DNA from: Octopus vulgaris
Lineage: Eukaryota
Length of the DNA: 64,000 bases
NCBI GenBank assembly: GCA_951406725.2
Contig: OX597819.1
Span: 81,964,001-82,028,000, forward strand
Direction: 5' to 3'
Part shown: positions 51,645-64,000 of the stretch, piece after piece
Layout: each line of letters begins with the position of its first letter
Numbering within the stretch: the stretch's first letter is position 1
Made by a program: the position numbers and the translations under genes
Notes under the pieces: model-generated
Told to the model about the DNA's origin: nothing
The model's input: the letters and a program-made list of their open reading frames with translations, nothing else
The model's database searches: none

Positions 51645-54600
51645 TATATATATATATATAGTGACATCAACAGAGAAAAGAGTTATGGTGCCACTGGAGA
51701 GTGTCCAACCCATTCATGTATGCTTCTAAGCGTCGAGAAATAATACATCATGAACACCTATGGGGTAAACATACCTATTCAATAGTCAGCTACTTACATA
51801 CTAATTCAACATACAGGCAGTTGAACATTCACAGATCGCGCGCGCGCGCGTCTGAATGTGTTTGCAATATTGAAGGCATATAACAAAGACACCACCGGCG
51901 CTATCTGATATACACGCTATATATATGCACGTGTCTACAGTGCATTTGTGGCTTCAAATGATTTTCAGTTTTGCTAGTAGCTAATTGCACATGTGCGTGT
52001 ATATGTGTGCGCGTACATGTTACAATATACTTAACAATTTTCTATTTATTTTGTCGACGGATAATTGGATTGTAATATATACTCTTATTTTATCTTTATA
52101 GTGAAATCGATAGCTTGAATTATAAGGGAAGCTGAATCTGCGTTTTGTATATGATTTGTATATCACACACAGCTGGGGGGCGGGGGAGCTTTTTTTCTTG
52201 ATATTGTCTTTAGTAGTACACAAACACACGCATGCACACACACATACACATATATAGATATATAGAATCTTCTGCTGAGAGCGAACTATATAAGATCAAC
52301 TATAGAAAATGTTCATTAAATTAGTATTGAATTAGCATATGTGGCTGAATATTAGGTTTAAACAGACATCTTAACCTTCAATCCTATTTTCATGTAGAAT
52401 CAACCTGCAACCAGGTGACAAAGCTAAATCGTTAACTACATTATTTTATTAAATTTGTCATAAAGACAGTACATAGTGTAAGGTAGTTTGCGGGCTGGAC
52501 AAGACATTAATGAAATGAATGATAACTATACAAGGATGATAAGGATGGGAGAAGACAGAAAGTGCCCGCCGACCCTCTGCTTCCCTATAACATTGTTCTT
52601 TCACAAACATACATTGAGGTATTAAACCTCTTACATTTTTCAATATTTAAACATACATTGAGGTATTAAACTTCTTACAATTTCTCAGCACATACCATTT
52701 ATTTAGGCTAAAAATCCATTACAAATCGTTGACTACATGCGGAGCTCATCTGAAGAGCATCCACACTTTATATCTACCCTATTTCGTTCATGGGGTTTGC
52801 TTAGGTGAGAAAAATTTGCCTAAGTTTTCCACGGAGTGAGATGGTACACGGGATCTCATGAATGCGAAGCGAGCTACTTACATTTATTAGCCATGCCGAC
52901 GTCTCTTCGTGCGTGTGTTTATGTATGTGCGTGCACCTCCACACACTTTGAAACATTTATACATACGTGCAGGCCCACTTACACATGCATATAAAATACA
53001 AACATATGCATATATATATTCATATAAAGTAAAATCGAAAGAGAATGATAGGTGGTCCGTTTCGGCAAGAATATATTTCGTGGGGTAAGTAACAGAAAAA
53101 AATTAAGTATACATGCTGTGTCGGGTCGGATTTTGCACTTATATTTACTTCAAGGTTGAAAGGGAAGATAAAATCCTAGAGCAATACACTGTCTCTCCTC
53201 GCCTTCAAGGAAGATATGAATCTCTGTAACCACTTATTGAAATCTCCTTAGCTCCCATGCACCATTGCACACCAACAAACACTTTTAGATGTACACAGTG
53301 CACACACCGTAGATGCAATACTTGTCCCTTCAACAACAACTAAACAATCATATGCTCTAAGATACAGTAGCCCATTGGACAAAACTGCTGCGCTTCCAAC
53401 AGCATCATATACTGCACTAGTTATTAACTTTGTGGTGTCCTTTAGGTTCGTGAAATAGACCCTTGCATTGTCTATCACATTTACGAACACATTCTAGTTC
53501 ATACTGTAAATATCTATCTCAATACAACACGTTATTCCATTAACTGCCTACTAGTAGCCGAGAACTAATACGCACTATGAATACAAACACTCAAGGAAGC
53601 ATAAAAAATATTTTAACTTGGCACGTAGTATTACTGGGTTAAACGAACATCCTTTAACTTTTCTCTCGCTGTAATTGTCGCTCTACTCACTGTCACCCGC
53701 TTTCTCTTTCTCTTTGCCCCCCTCTGTCGTCTCCATTTCCTTTTCTTTTCTCGACACGTTTCTCCCACTACTTCTCTACACATGTAATCACATGGAAATG
53801 TACATTTCCTTTCAGTTTCTGTATGTTGCTCTTATTGAAAGGACGTGAAACATTTCTGTCTTTTTTTTTTATCACAAATCTGAAGAAGCAATGTCTGAAA
53901 CGTCGAAAACTCCTCTCACCTCAGTATGTATTCTTAATTCGTTGCACCACAGAATGCATACATGCATGCATACACACATATATAAATAATCACAAAGAAA
54001 GAGAGAGAGAGAGAGGAAGAAAATGGAAAAAGGGAGGGAGAGAGAGAAAGGAAGAAAGTGAGAAGAAAGAAAGAGAGAGAATAGTTATGCTTTCTTGTAT
54101 TACAAATATCCATATTGTCTGTTTTGAACTAGCGTTGAAATTAACTAAAGAGGTTTTAGTGTTTTGACGTTACATAATACTCATCTTGAATGTGTCTTTC
54201 TTACTTTTCGTCAACACTACTTTCGTGTTGAAAATGTTCCACCAACTCAAGTTTCAAATTGTTCTTTGCAGATTGAAATTATTCCTTCAGTTCAGTCAAT
54301 CTGGGTTTTATTTTTACTGTGCGAAATACTTGAAGCAATATTTCAAGTACATTATTTCTCTTTGAAATATTTCAAATAGTTTCCAGAACAGAGTATTTCT
54401 ATATGAAATACTTTAAACATAGCTTACTTTTTATATTTGAGTTAAAACATAAAATAAGTGTGTGCTCTAGCTTCAACAACTGATGATTCTTTATTATCAG
54501 GAGGGGATAAAAAGCAAAGAAGGAAAAATTTTAATATTTTGCCGATGCTGACCACCATTAATCTCCTTCAGTTTAGTGTTTATACTTCAATACAGAAATT

Positions 54601-54999
54601 CAATTTCGGTTTTAGGTACTTAAAATAAATATTCCGTACAGCATTTAATATTCTACTCTTGTCCGTCTTTCTTCTGGGTTTGGATTGCATGCTTTTAATC
54701 AGCATGAGAAAATAATTAATATAGAGAAAAATAAATTGAATGTAAAGATTTTACTGTTTCACATTATTGTTAGAATTATATCATGTGATTCTTTTACTGC
54801 TTTCAGTTATCCGGTTGTGGCTATGCTATTGTTCATTACACAAAGAGAAATAAAAATAAACAGAATTGTCAAACTTATAATTCTTAGACATTGTTGCTAT
54901 ACGTCTTTGTAACTTAACTCACGTGATGCTGTCGACGTATGGTGGATAACATGATACAGCTTTTGTTGATCATGTAAATATATGGCATATAGGTTAAGT

Positions 55000-55560
55000 A
55001 GATCAAATGACGAGGGACGATCTACAGTCACGCAACGTTAGGTATACAAAGCCTCCAAGCTGAAGGTCGTGCTTCATGTTCCATGCGTTATGGATCACAA
55101 TATAGCAAAAGGGCATTTTGTAGATTTTCTATAATTCAGTTATGTAAGCTGATAGATTTCTTTTTAGCCACATCAGAGGCGGAAAACGAGGTACTGATAA
55201 GAGCGCAGCTGTTGCGGTTACTCTGCACTAATCATTGTTGGTGTACATCATTGTATTATATTTGAGGCGAATAAGACTATTGATGCGACTGCTATTTTTG
55301 TGCATGTTCATTTTATAGACTGAATGAAAGGCGAATATTTTTTTCGGATAAAAAGTAATGTTTGAAGTTTTGTAGATATCTAATTGTTTTAAGATGACTT
55401 TACATATAGCGGTAATGTCGAAGGCTGTAGCAGTGATAAACAATACTGTCATGACCCTGTGATTTTTCACTTCTAATTTATTTCTAGAGTAGCGTAGGTG
55501 GTAGTCTATGGGTGTGGTCTTTGTTACGTCTAATATGTTACAAAGCACAGTTGTATTTTA
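55000..55560 (-). mobile_element. Possible decayed PLE remnant
   Basis: TSNITFYPKKIFAF...KNSSRINSLIR followed by a Cys-containing stretch, reminiscent of the PLE RT-to-GIY-YIG linker. Confidence 0.25.
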
Positions 55561-56467
55561 TTGAGGTTTACTGTAGTTTCTTCCTGTAGTGACTACCTGT
55601 TCTCCCGGTATGCTTATTCAGCATTGTGCTTCTTTACTAACTTTCAGACATATACTGTAAATGTTATAGAGTGTATTAGTAATTTCTAGTATTTTTTTCC
55701 GTGTATGTATCTGTTGTGTGTGTATGTAGAGTTTATACCATAATTGTGCGTGTGATTGTGTATGGTGTGTTCATATTATTCAGTGTGATCGTGATTGCAT
55801 TTGCTTGTTGTAGTGTTGTTCGTAAGATTACTGACAGGTAGGTGTGACAGACAGTTTGTTACTTAAAATCAGGTATTTGACTGACTAATATATAATTTGT
55901 GTAGCAGCGTCTGGAGGACAGTGGAACGAAGAGAACATTCGACACTGTGTATATTTTATAGATATGTCAATTTTGTATAAGTTTATTTAAGAATAAGAGG
56001 GTGGTGATCAGATGTGTTGAAACAATTTCAATGTCTAAATGTCTTTTGCTTGCAGTCTTTGTAAACTTGTGATAAAAACCATTCCAGCCATTATCATCTC
56101 GTCTTTTTGCTAGGGACAGTTACACCTAAGACCACATTACCAAATGTTCTTATTTTCAAAATGTTATGATTCGCTTGAGATTTGACTGCTATAACTTGTA
56201 GGTCAAATGATCACGCTGAACCTCTTTCACGGGCCTTTATCGTTGTTCCTTTCTTGAGCTTGTATCACTGTTTCTTTCTTGGACTTGTATAATGTATAAG
56301 CTGAGAGACCTGAAAGTTTGGCAATCCATGTTTTGTGTTGTAGCCTGTTTTTTTTATTCAGTGTATTTGGACCACATATTGCAATGTTTCCCTTTTAAAC
56401 GTATTAGCAGATGTGTTTTGATAGCATGCGTTCGTGCGTGTGTGTGTGTGTTTGTTTGTGTAAGTGA

Positions 56468-56533
<66 letters not shown>

Positions 56534-56894
56534 CTGTGCATGTGTCTTGTTTTCGGTAGTGTGATGGTTGAGAGTAATAGTTGGAATTTGTAAAAGTTAA
56601 TGAAAGAAATGTATGAGTGTTTTGGTGACTGAATGATGCGTCTTCATACGATATTCGAAGGAAAGAATTAGAGGTTGGCACAACTGCAGAATACTATTTA
56701 GGTTTAATCTACTTAAAAGATGTTATGACTTTACCTGCTGATTACTTCTGGCGTTAGTTAGTTTAGGAGTATGTAAGTGACTTCACCAAATCTCGCAGCT
56801 TTTGAAATTTTTATTTCATTTTCCTTTTGCTATTTTTATGGTAAGTGATGGAAGAAATAGTTCATTGACCCATGTAGAAAATATGCTTATTATT

Positions 56895-57045
56895 GGCGGT
56901 GGCATGGGTGTGCGGTAAGAAGTTTGCTTCCCAACAACATGATATCGGGTTTAGTCCCACAACGTGGTATCTTGGGCAAGTGTCGGATGAACTAAAACTT
57001 TGTGAATAGATTTGGTAGACAGAAGCTAAAAGAAGTAGGTCATCA

Positions 57046-57088
<43 letters not shown>

Positions 57089-58600
57089 TGACAGAAGTAA
57101 ATAGACACACTTATACTCATTAAAATTTATTTAAAGCTGAAATTACACATTCAAATTATTTATTAAGTGTTATGATGTGAATATGTAATAATTAGTAAAC
57201 ATGCCCTTTGCATTTTCTATGCAAGGACTCTATTAGGCATGTTACTGATCAAATGACAAATATTCTCTTGCGGAAATTCTTACCAAGTTTCATGCAGTAA
57301 TCTCAAAAGATCTGGCTTTGAAGATGCTTTCTTGTTCTTTCTATAAAATGTCCTGTCCACATTATGACCCAGATATGTTCAATATGGTTCATATCTGGTG
57401 ACTGGCTTAGCTATGGAAGCTTCTTAATGCCATTCTCATCTAACAAATCTTGGGTAATTTTAGCCGTGTGACAAGGAGCCCCATCCTACATAGATAAAGG
57501 GTCTTCTTTAACCATTTCACCACTGGAGATCACTAGAAGGAGTCATTTCTGCAATATGGTCACATATTTATCTGAGTTTATGTTTCCCTCACACTCCACC
57601 ATCTCCGATCACCCATTGCTCCAAATTGCTCTCCAGACCATCACAGAATAGCTGCAGTGTTTCATTATTGGCTACAATCTTTTCACATGAATTTTTGATT
57701 ACAGAGTCTCCAGACCCACACTGGCCACTGTCAGGAAATACTGTAAATTTAGACTCATCAGAGAATATCACAGTGTCCCAAAATGCTAGTCGCCTCTCCA
57801 CCATCTCATTGGCCCAATCTTTTCTCCGCTTGATGTTGGTTGGTCGAAGAAGTGGCTTCCTTCTTGCTGCTCTGCCATAGTAACGAAGTTTGTGGAGGTA
57901 CCTGGCTGCTGTTCTGGGACTGACATCATGGTCTGCTACGTCAGAGGCCTTGCATTGAGGATTATCTCCACACTTCTTTAACAAAGAGGAGGTTCCTGTT
58001 AGAGATCCTTGGTTGATCCGGGTGAGGTAATGTGGACTTCTTCCCCTCTCTGGTGAATTGCACAATCACCCTAACAGTAGAAAGCGGGATCCCAAGGTTT
58101 TCTGCAATTTTACGCTATGTCTACCTTCAGAATGATCCACAATATAGCCTCTTAGAAATTCAGACAGTTTCAAGACTTCTTTTGTACATGACATGATTAA
58201 ACAGTCACATATAGAACTTGAAACATAAAAATGTCAATTGATAAAAATATAAACATTTAGAAGTTAGAATAAACATAAAACGAAGTTGTATGGGGTGTCT
58301 ATTTACTTCTTCCACGGCTGTGTGTATAGACACGCAACACACACATATGTGTGTGCGCGCACGTGTGTACGTATATACCTTTGCGTGTGTCTTTGTGTTT
58401 GACTTTGTCTTCTATTATCACTTTATAATTGGTGATGGATTGTCTATGTCTCCATAACTTTGTGGTTCAGCATAAGAGACCGATAGAATAAATGTCCGGC
58501 TTTAAAAAACTACATGAAGTACTGGCGTCAATTTTTTCGACTAAAACCTTCAAGGTGGTGTCCAGCTTGACTGCAGTCCAATAGCAAACAAGATGACAGA
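56895..58600 (+). mobile_element. SINE family A split by a Tc1 element in its internal (TA)n
   Basis: Head 56895-57047 (GGTAAGAAGTTTGCTTCCCAAC...TTGGGCAAGTGTC...GATTTGGTAGACAG); tail 58390-58600 (GAGACCGATAGAATAA...CTTCAAGGTGGTG). Confidence 0.75.
57083..58320 (-). mobile_element. Full-length Tc1-family (DD34E) transposon, decayed
   Basis: TIRs sharing AGAAGTAAATAGACAC..ATAC; transposase remnant ARRKPLL...WDTVIFSDESKF...DGAPCHTAK...SQSPDMNHIEHIW. Confidence 0.9.
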
Positions 58601-58844
58601 TATAATATTGCATTTTCTGTTATTCCCTTTTCTGCTGACAAACAGCTTTGATTGTTGTAGGTGCATCTCCCTCGTCTGCTGACAAATAGCTTTGATTGCT
58701 GTAGGTGTATGTAGATGTATATGAAGTCGTAAGAATGAGATCTGGTATGACCGTTATCAGAAATGTTCATGTTGCTGATTACTTTGTGAAATATTTTACT
58801 GCTTGTTTGTATTTTTCCTTTTGATTTTTTAACTTTAAAGTTTT

Positions 58845-59210
58845 ACTTTTGTCATTCGACTGCAGCCTCACTGGGGTACCAAGTGTTCAGTCAAATAAAT
58901 CGACCTCAGTACTGTTTCTTCTATTGATTTCTCTTGCCGATCTGCTAAGTTACTGGGGCGTAAGCAAATCAGTTATCAAGTAATATGAGAGACAAACCCA
59001 AAGCCGAAGACACAGGCGCATATATATACACACATACGAACGCACGCAAACGAACACACACACACGAACACATGCACGCACGCAAGCACACGTAAACACA
59101 AACGCACACACACATACAAACACATACACACAAACACACAACGCACGCACGCAAGCACACACACATATACGTCTGGCTTACACACAGTTTCTGACTACCA
59201 AATTCACGAT
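58845..59210 (-). mobile_element. SINE family A, degenerate
   Basis: GTCATTCGACTGCAGCC...CTGCTAAGTTACTGGGGCGTAAG, internal CA-rich tract, CAGTTTCTGACTACCAAATTCAC. Confidence 0.65.
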
Positions 59211-59456
59211 GATAATATGATCAATATGAAATAAATATATTTTATTTATCCCGTATTCATAAGATAGAATAAGTAGATTTCACTTATCTAATAAATATGT
59301 GACTGCACATTCGAAATACATTTTGAAGATTAGTTTTACTTGTATGTAATTCAATATAAAACTAAACTGAATTCAAATAGATTTATCAAGAAGTTCTTAT
59401 AAGAATTAACCTTTTAGATGGAATTGTAATTTATAACGCTTTAATTTTAATTCAAG

Positions 59457-59508
<52 letters not shown>

Positions 59509-60204
59509 GGAAGTTGTTCAGTCACTCGACTACTCAATACCCTATTTAATCAGGGGGAATATGAAACACAACCAGAATCTACTAATTAAAGAGCAAGGTT
59601 GGGGGACATTGACTCCGAAATATACTCATTTGTCCTACTTAATATTCCACATGAACATTATCTTTTCTTTTGTTTACATGAGCTGGTGGCATAAGATCAT
59701 CTCTTCTTTCAGGTACCAGAGTGATAACTTTAACGAAAATGAACGGAAGGGAAAAGGTTGATAAATGGTCTGCATCTTAAGCTATAATTAGAGTACAGAA
59801 AACCTATATAAATCTACTTTAGTCACGCCATAGATGTAATAACAGAAGACACGCTTAAGCAAACATAAGATATTGATAGGACGGCTGAAAGCTTACTGAG
59901 AGAATATGATAGTACAATGCGAGATTCAAGAATATACAGGAAGTTCTGGTACACCAAGACAGTTATCAAATTAAATAGAAGTAACTTTTAAATCAGTATT
60001 ATTTGCGACAACAGAAGTTAATGAAGTAGCGTGTATGTTGTCGGGCAGACGTCCGGTGAATGCAATACAATACAATGAAATTGTCGATATTATTTGCTGA
60101 GTTTGAATCACATTAACTGGATAGTGAATCTGATATATTTGGTTCACAATAAACCTTATAAATGCTTAAAACAATGTTTCTAATATCTATATTGCAATTA
60201 ATAT

Positions 60205-60410
60205 ATTATTGGACTGTCAGCGCCGGACAAAATGTCATGTAGTATTTCTTCCTGTTCTTTATGTTCTGAATCGAAATGCCGCCGAGGTCTACTTTTCTTT
60301 TCATCCTTCCAAGGTCGATAAAATAAAATACTACTTCTTGCACTGGGATGATGGTAGCGACTACCCACTCCCCCTCAATATTGCTGGCCTTAGACAAAAT
60401 TTGAAACCTT
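60205..60410 (+). mobile_element. SINE family B, degenerate
   Basis: GCCGGACAAAATG...TATGTTCTGAATCGAAATGCCGCCGAGGTC...TTTCATCCTTCCAAGGTCGATAAAATAA. Confidence 0.75.
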
Positions 60411-62430
60411 TAGACAAGATCCTCGACCTAACAGTGATCTCAAGAGGGTAACAACTGCAGGTGATAATGGAAGGTAGAAAGCTTTCATGCTAAAATTGCA
60501 GAAACGCCAATCACCTTGACACCTTCCGTCCCCAACAGGAAGAAGAAGCGGAATTGGGGAAATGGACTCTCCTACCGCCAACAATACAACGTCGACAGTG
60601 ACAATAACGAAACCAAGTGCAACAGTAACACCCATAACATTTAACCGCAGTAATGTTGGTTGCGGCATCAGCAGCAGGATTAATGGAAATGACACATACA
60701 GCAAAAAACAAAAGCAACAATGCTAGTAGTGAAAACAACCACAACAAAACAGCAAAAGAAGCACAATCCTCAGGGACATCACATCCCCCGACAACAGTAA
60801 CAAAAAGTCTCAAAACAGGAACGAAAATAACAAGAGCTGCTTCTCCGATTAATCAGACATGTCATGTTGCGAAAGTAAGGGGAAACACTTGAAAAAGCAA
60901 ACAATACTCAGAAAACAAAAGTAAAAAAAGTACGTTATGCTAAAGAAGCCGGGAGGTCTGAACGAATAACACTAGTACTATCAACAATATCATCGTCACC
61001 CCACCACACACCACACTCACACTCACAAACACCACTAACATTACAATCAAGCAAAACCAAATTCATACCCAGAAGTTGGCAGTTTTGAGAGGAATCCCGT
61101 GTAAACTAGGAGGTAAAGTTAGCTCATGCGATGATGTCAACGATATATTATCGGACATCAAATACAAGGTGATCGATAGTGCTCTGAGGGGCTACGAAGC
61201 GGTGGTACAGTCAAATGTGGTCTAGTTTGGTCCTGATCTCCAGGTAGACAAGAACAGGAGCGAGGTGATGAATAGGGTGGTCAATCTCACCTATGAATGG
61301 GTCGAGAGAAAGCTATCCTTGAAGGTTCAAGTGAAGGCAGCAAACGCTTGCATCTCATCCATCCTAATTGTCATGTCTTGACTCGTTTTATGGCTGACTA
61401 GACTAGAGTACTTGCTCTTATGCTTTCTGTGGAAGGGACGGATTCGCTACTCCATCCCTTTCACCGACGCTCTGTTTGCTGCCAACATTTGCTGCATGGC
61501 GGACTGCCGTAGCTAAAGGTGCACGGATGCATTGAGGTTTCGACAGCTACAGCACTTCTTTAATGCTGAACAGAATAGTCATCATTTGTCGGAATCCCTT
61601 TTTTGCAGCCCGTCTCTTTGACAGAGCTGGGTACTTGACTCAAAGAGTGTCGTCAGGCGCTCACAACCCTCTACTGATCGGGCAGTACGACCATTGAAAG
61701 TTTCAAGCAGCCCTATAGGAGATTAATGGTGGACAAGTGTGACGAGGTCCTCGAGGAAACACCCAGAGTCAATGAAAATCAACTGGCTTTTCTCCTCCGA
61801 AGAACTCTCAGTCCAGAGCCTATGGGTAATTTCCAGAAAATCCTAGACTGGCAGTGTTACAGAGGGATATTATCAGTTTGAGATAAAATATACAGTCATG
61901 GTAGTATCGAGCCTGTCCGAGATGCGCGCTAGTGACGAAAGCATCCTGTCCGCTTGTACAGTATCCGAGCATTGATGACTTGTGAAGTTACGGGTGCTAT
62001 CGCATGCAGAACGGCAATCGATTGAATCCATCATTAAGATCTCCTCACCGTCCTCCTTTTGTCAGGAAGGGCAGGTAATTTTTCTCTGCCTGGTGGCTAT
62101 GACGAAAAAGGTTGTGTTTGTGGTCGAGAATGGAAGGCTGATGACAGTCAATTTCCTCCTCGGCCAAGCCTGCATCAACATTTTTGTAATGTTCCACTTC
62201 ACAATGAAAGAGAGAGGGAGTTTGATGAAGGGTGGGTGAATGTAGTCATAATGACCTGATTGGCTAGCCTTACTCTGATCCTATTGACTGAAGAAAATGG
62301 ATGGGAGAGGAGTGCCTCCCTGTGGTACACATGGCAGACTAGGACATCCAGGATCATTAGGATGCCTTGGTTACCCGTTGGTGGTTCTCCTGACGTATTG
62401 TGGAATTTTGTTGTTTTCAATTTTTTGTTA
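60411..62430 (+). mobile_element. Decayed, internally deleted L1/Tx1-clade LINE (ORF1 zinc knuckle plus ORF2 3' part)
   Basis: VIMEGRKLSC*NCRNANHLDTFRP has CX2CX4HX4(C>R) spacing at ~60488. RT remnant RGIP...DDV near 61090; C-terminal IFLCLVAMTKKVV is homologous to 26100-26170. Confidence 0.7.
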
Positions 62431-63764
62431 ATTGTTTTATTGTTTACATGTGCGTTCCTTTTGCTCTCAAGACTCGGACAGTTGTAGCACTGTATTAAAG
62501 ATTGTGATTTCTAGTCCTCTGAATTTTCAGGGATGGTCAGTAGTCTATTAGATCGGCTCTGGCAAATAACAACGGTCGACTTGATAGACTAGTGCTTGTT
62601 GAACTTCAGCCAACAAGTTTGAAAGGCAATATCGATCCTCACGGGATTCGAACTCAGAACATAAAAACAGAAACTAAATATCGCAAAGTATTTTGTCCAC
62701 TGCTCTCACGATTCTGCTTAATCGACCACCTTTTATTTTACAGATATTGATAAGTAGCTCTACTTTATTCTAAGAAAAGGCGGAAGAAAGTATCTCTGAG
62801 GAGAAGAAGTAGAAGGAGAAGTGAGGGTGACTCTCCTATAGTATACAATCACTACCTTGTCATGTAATCCAAGAGTGGTGTGAGAGTATTGGTTTACCAA
62901 ATGATGCTTTGCGTCGCTGAAAAGAATGTCTTGATTTCTTTTTGAGATCTAAAATGAACGAAAAATTCGTAATTGCTATTGGCATAGCGTTTCGTATTTT
63001 AAGACTATAATTTCCTGAACATTACTTCTCGTGATGATTACATGGTGATATTGACGTCTGAAATGCTTTTACCGGTATCTCTCAGATTGTTGTTGTTGGT
63101 CCAACTTCTTACATGGCTATATTTGTGTTTCTTTAGAAATGATCAGCCACCAAACGCAATTTTCTGAATACTTTAAATAGCACATAATGTATAAACACTG
63201 AGTTTTTATTAGGAATAGGTTTTCTTTTAAGGATCATGAAAAACGTGGAATTTTAAAGGAACCTAATAGATAACGCAATTCATTCTTAATAGTGAGATGA
63301 CATTAACTGGAAATTCTAACGATTAGATTGAAAACATCAAAGATAACAATTAGTATTATAACATTTTCAAAGATCAACAATTTATGACACTGATATAATT
63401 AATAATAATTTTCTGAAACGAAAGAAAATTTTTCTTTCAGAGAAAAAAATTAATTAAAACCATAAAACATTTTAACACATTTTTTTATTGTTTAATGTTG
63501 TTAGATATAATGATGCAGGAAAATTTTGTCTAATTCGATTTATTGAGAAATATGAATGCAATACATCAAATCATCAATAATATATTCTAAAGTATTTTAA
63601 TGAAAACAATTTACTTTACTACAGATATATCAAAAGAAAGAATGCGCGACGCTAACGTAGTAACGCTTCAAATTTGTCGGACTTAGATTTGTTCTCATTC
63701 CGCTCAGAGATCAAATTTTCCCTCATCAATGTTGACATTTTCCACCTCGTAAAAATAATCCTTT

Positions 63765-64000
63765 CTACTGGAACCACAAGGCCTCGAATTTAGGGGAAGG
63801 GATTAAGTTGATTACATCGACCCCAGTGTGTAACTGGTACTAATTTTTATCGATCCCGAAAGGATGTGAGACAAAGTCGACCTCAGCGGAATTTGAACTC
63901 AGACCGTAGCGGAAGACGAAATACCTATTTCTTTACAACCCACAAGGGGCTAAACACGGAGAGGACAAACAAGGACAGACAAATGGATTCAGTCGATTAT
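63765..64000 (-). mobile_element. SINE family B (dimeric form), truncated by the window end
   Basis: Reverse complement of 8880-9120, including the CCCACAAGGGGCTAAACAC linker. Confidence 0.85.

Noticed and set aside
60390-60892. Hydrophobic minus-strand ORFs resembling membrane proteins
   Set aside because: Antisense of an A/C-rich LINE ORF1 linker remnant.

Overview
AT-rich, repeat-dense eukaryotic (metazoan) DNA with no intact host gene, most likely intronic or intergenic. The SINE families and microsatellite load resemble those of octopod cephalopods; this is recall-based inference, not verified. Most ORFs in the track are microsatellite translation artefacts. Mobile elements recognised: (i) Penelope-like element (PLE) 3' fragments, three carrying a variant minimal type I hammerhead-ribozyme motif and each ending at a (TA)n tract; (ii) a ~6.3 kb head-to-tail stack of (TAA)n-bounded units at 28.9-35.2 kb, made of three R4/Dong-type restriction-like-endonuclease (RLE) retrotransposons (one nearly intact over its retained length) plus an unexplained 550-bp unit; (iii) six Tc1/mariner-superfamily elements from five lineages, two of them inserted into the internal TA microsatellite of one SINE family; (iv) two decayed L1/Tx1-type LINEs; (v) a non-autonomous Helitron; (vi) many tRNA-derived SINEs. 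Two possible micro-exons (20 nt and 10 nt) are the only hint of a host gene.
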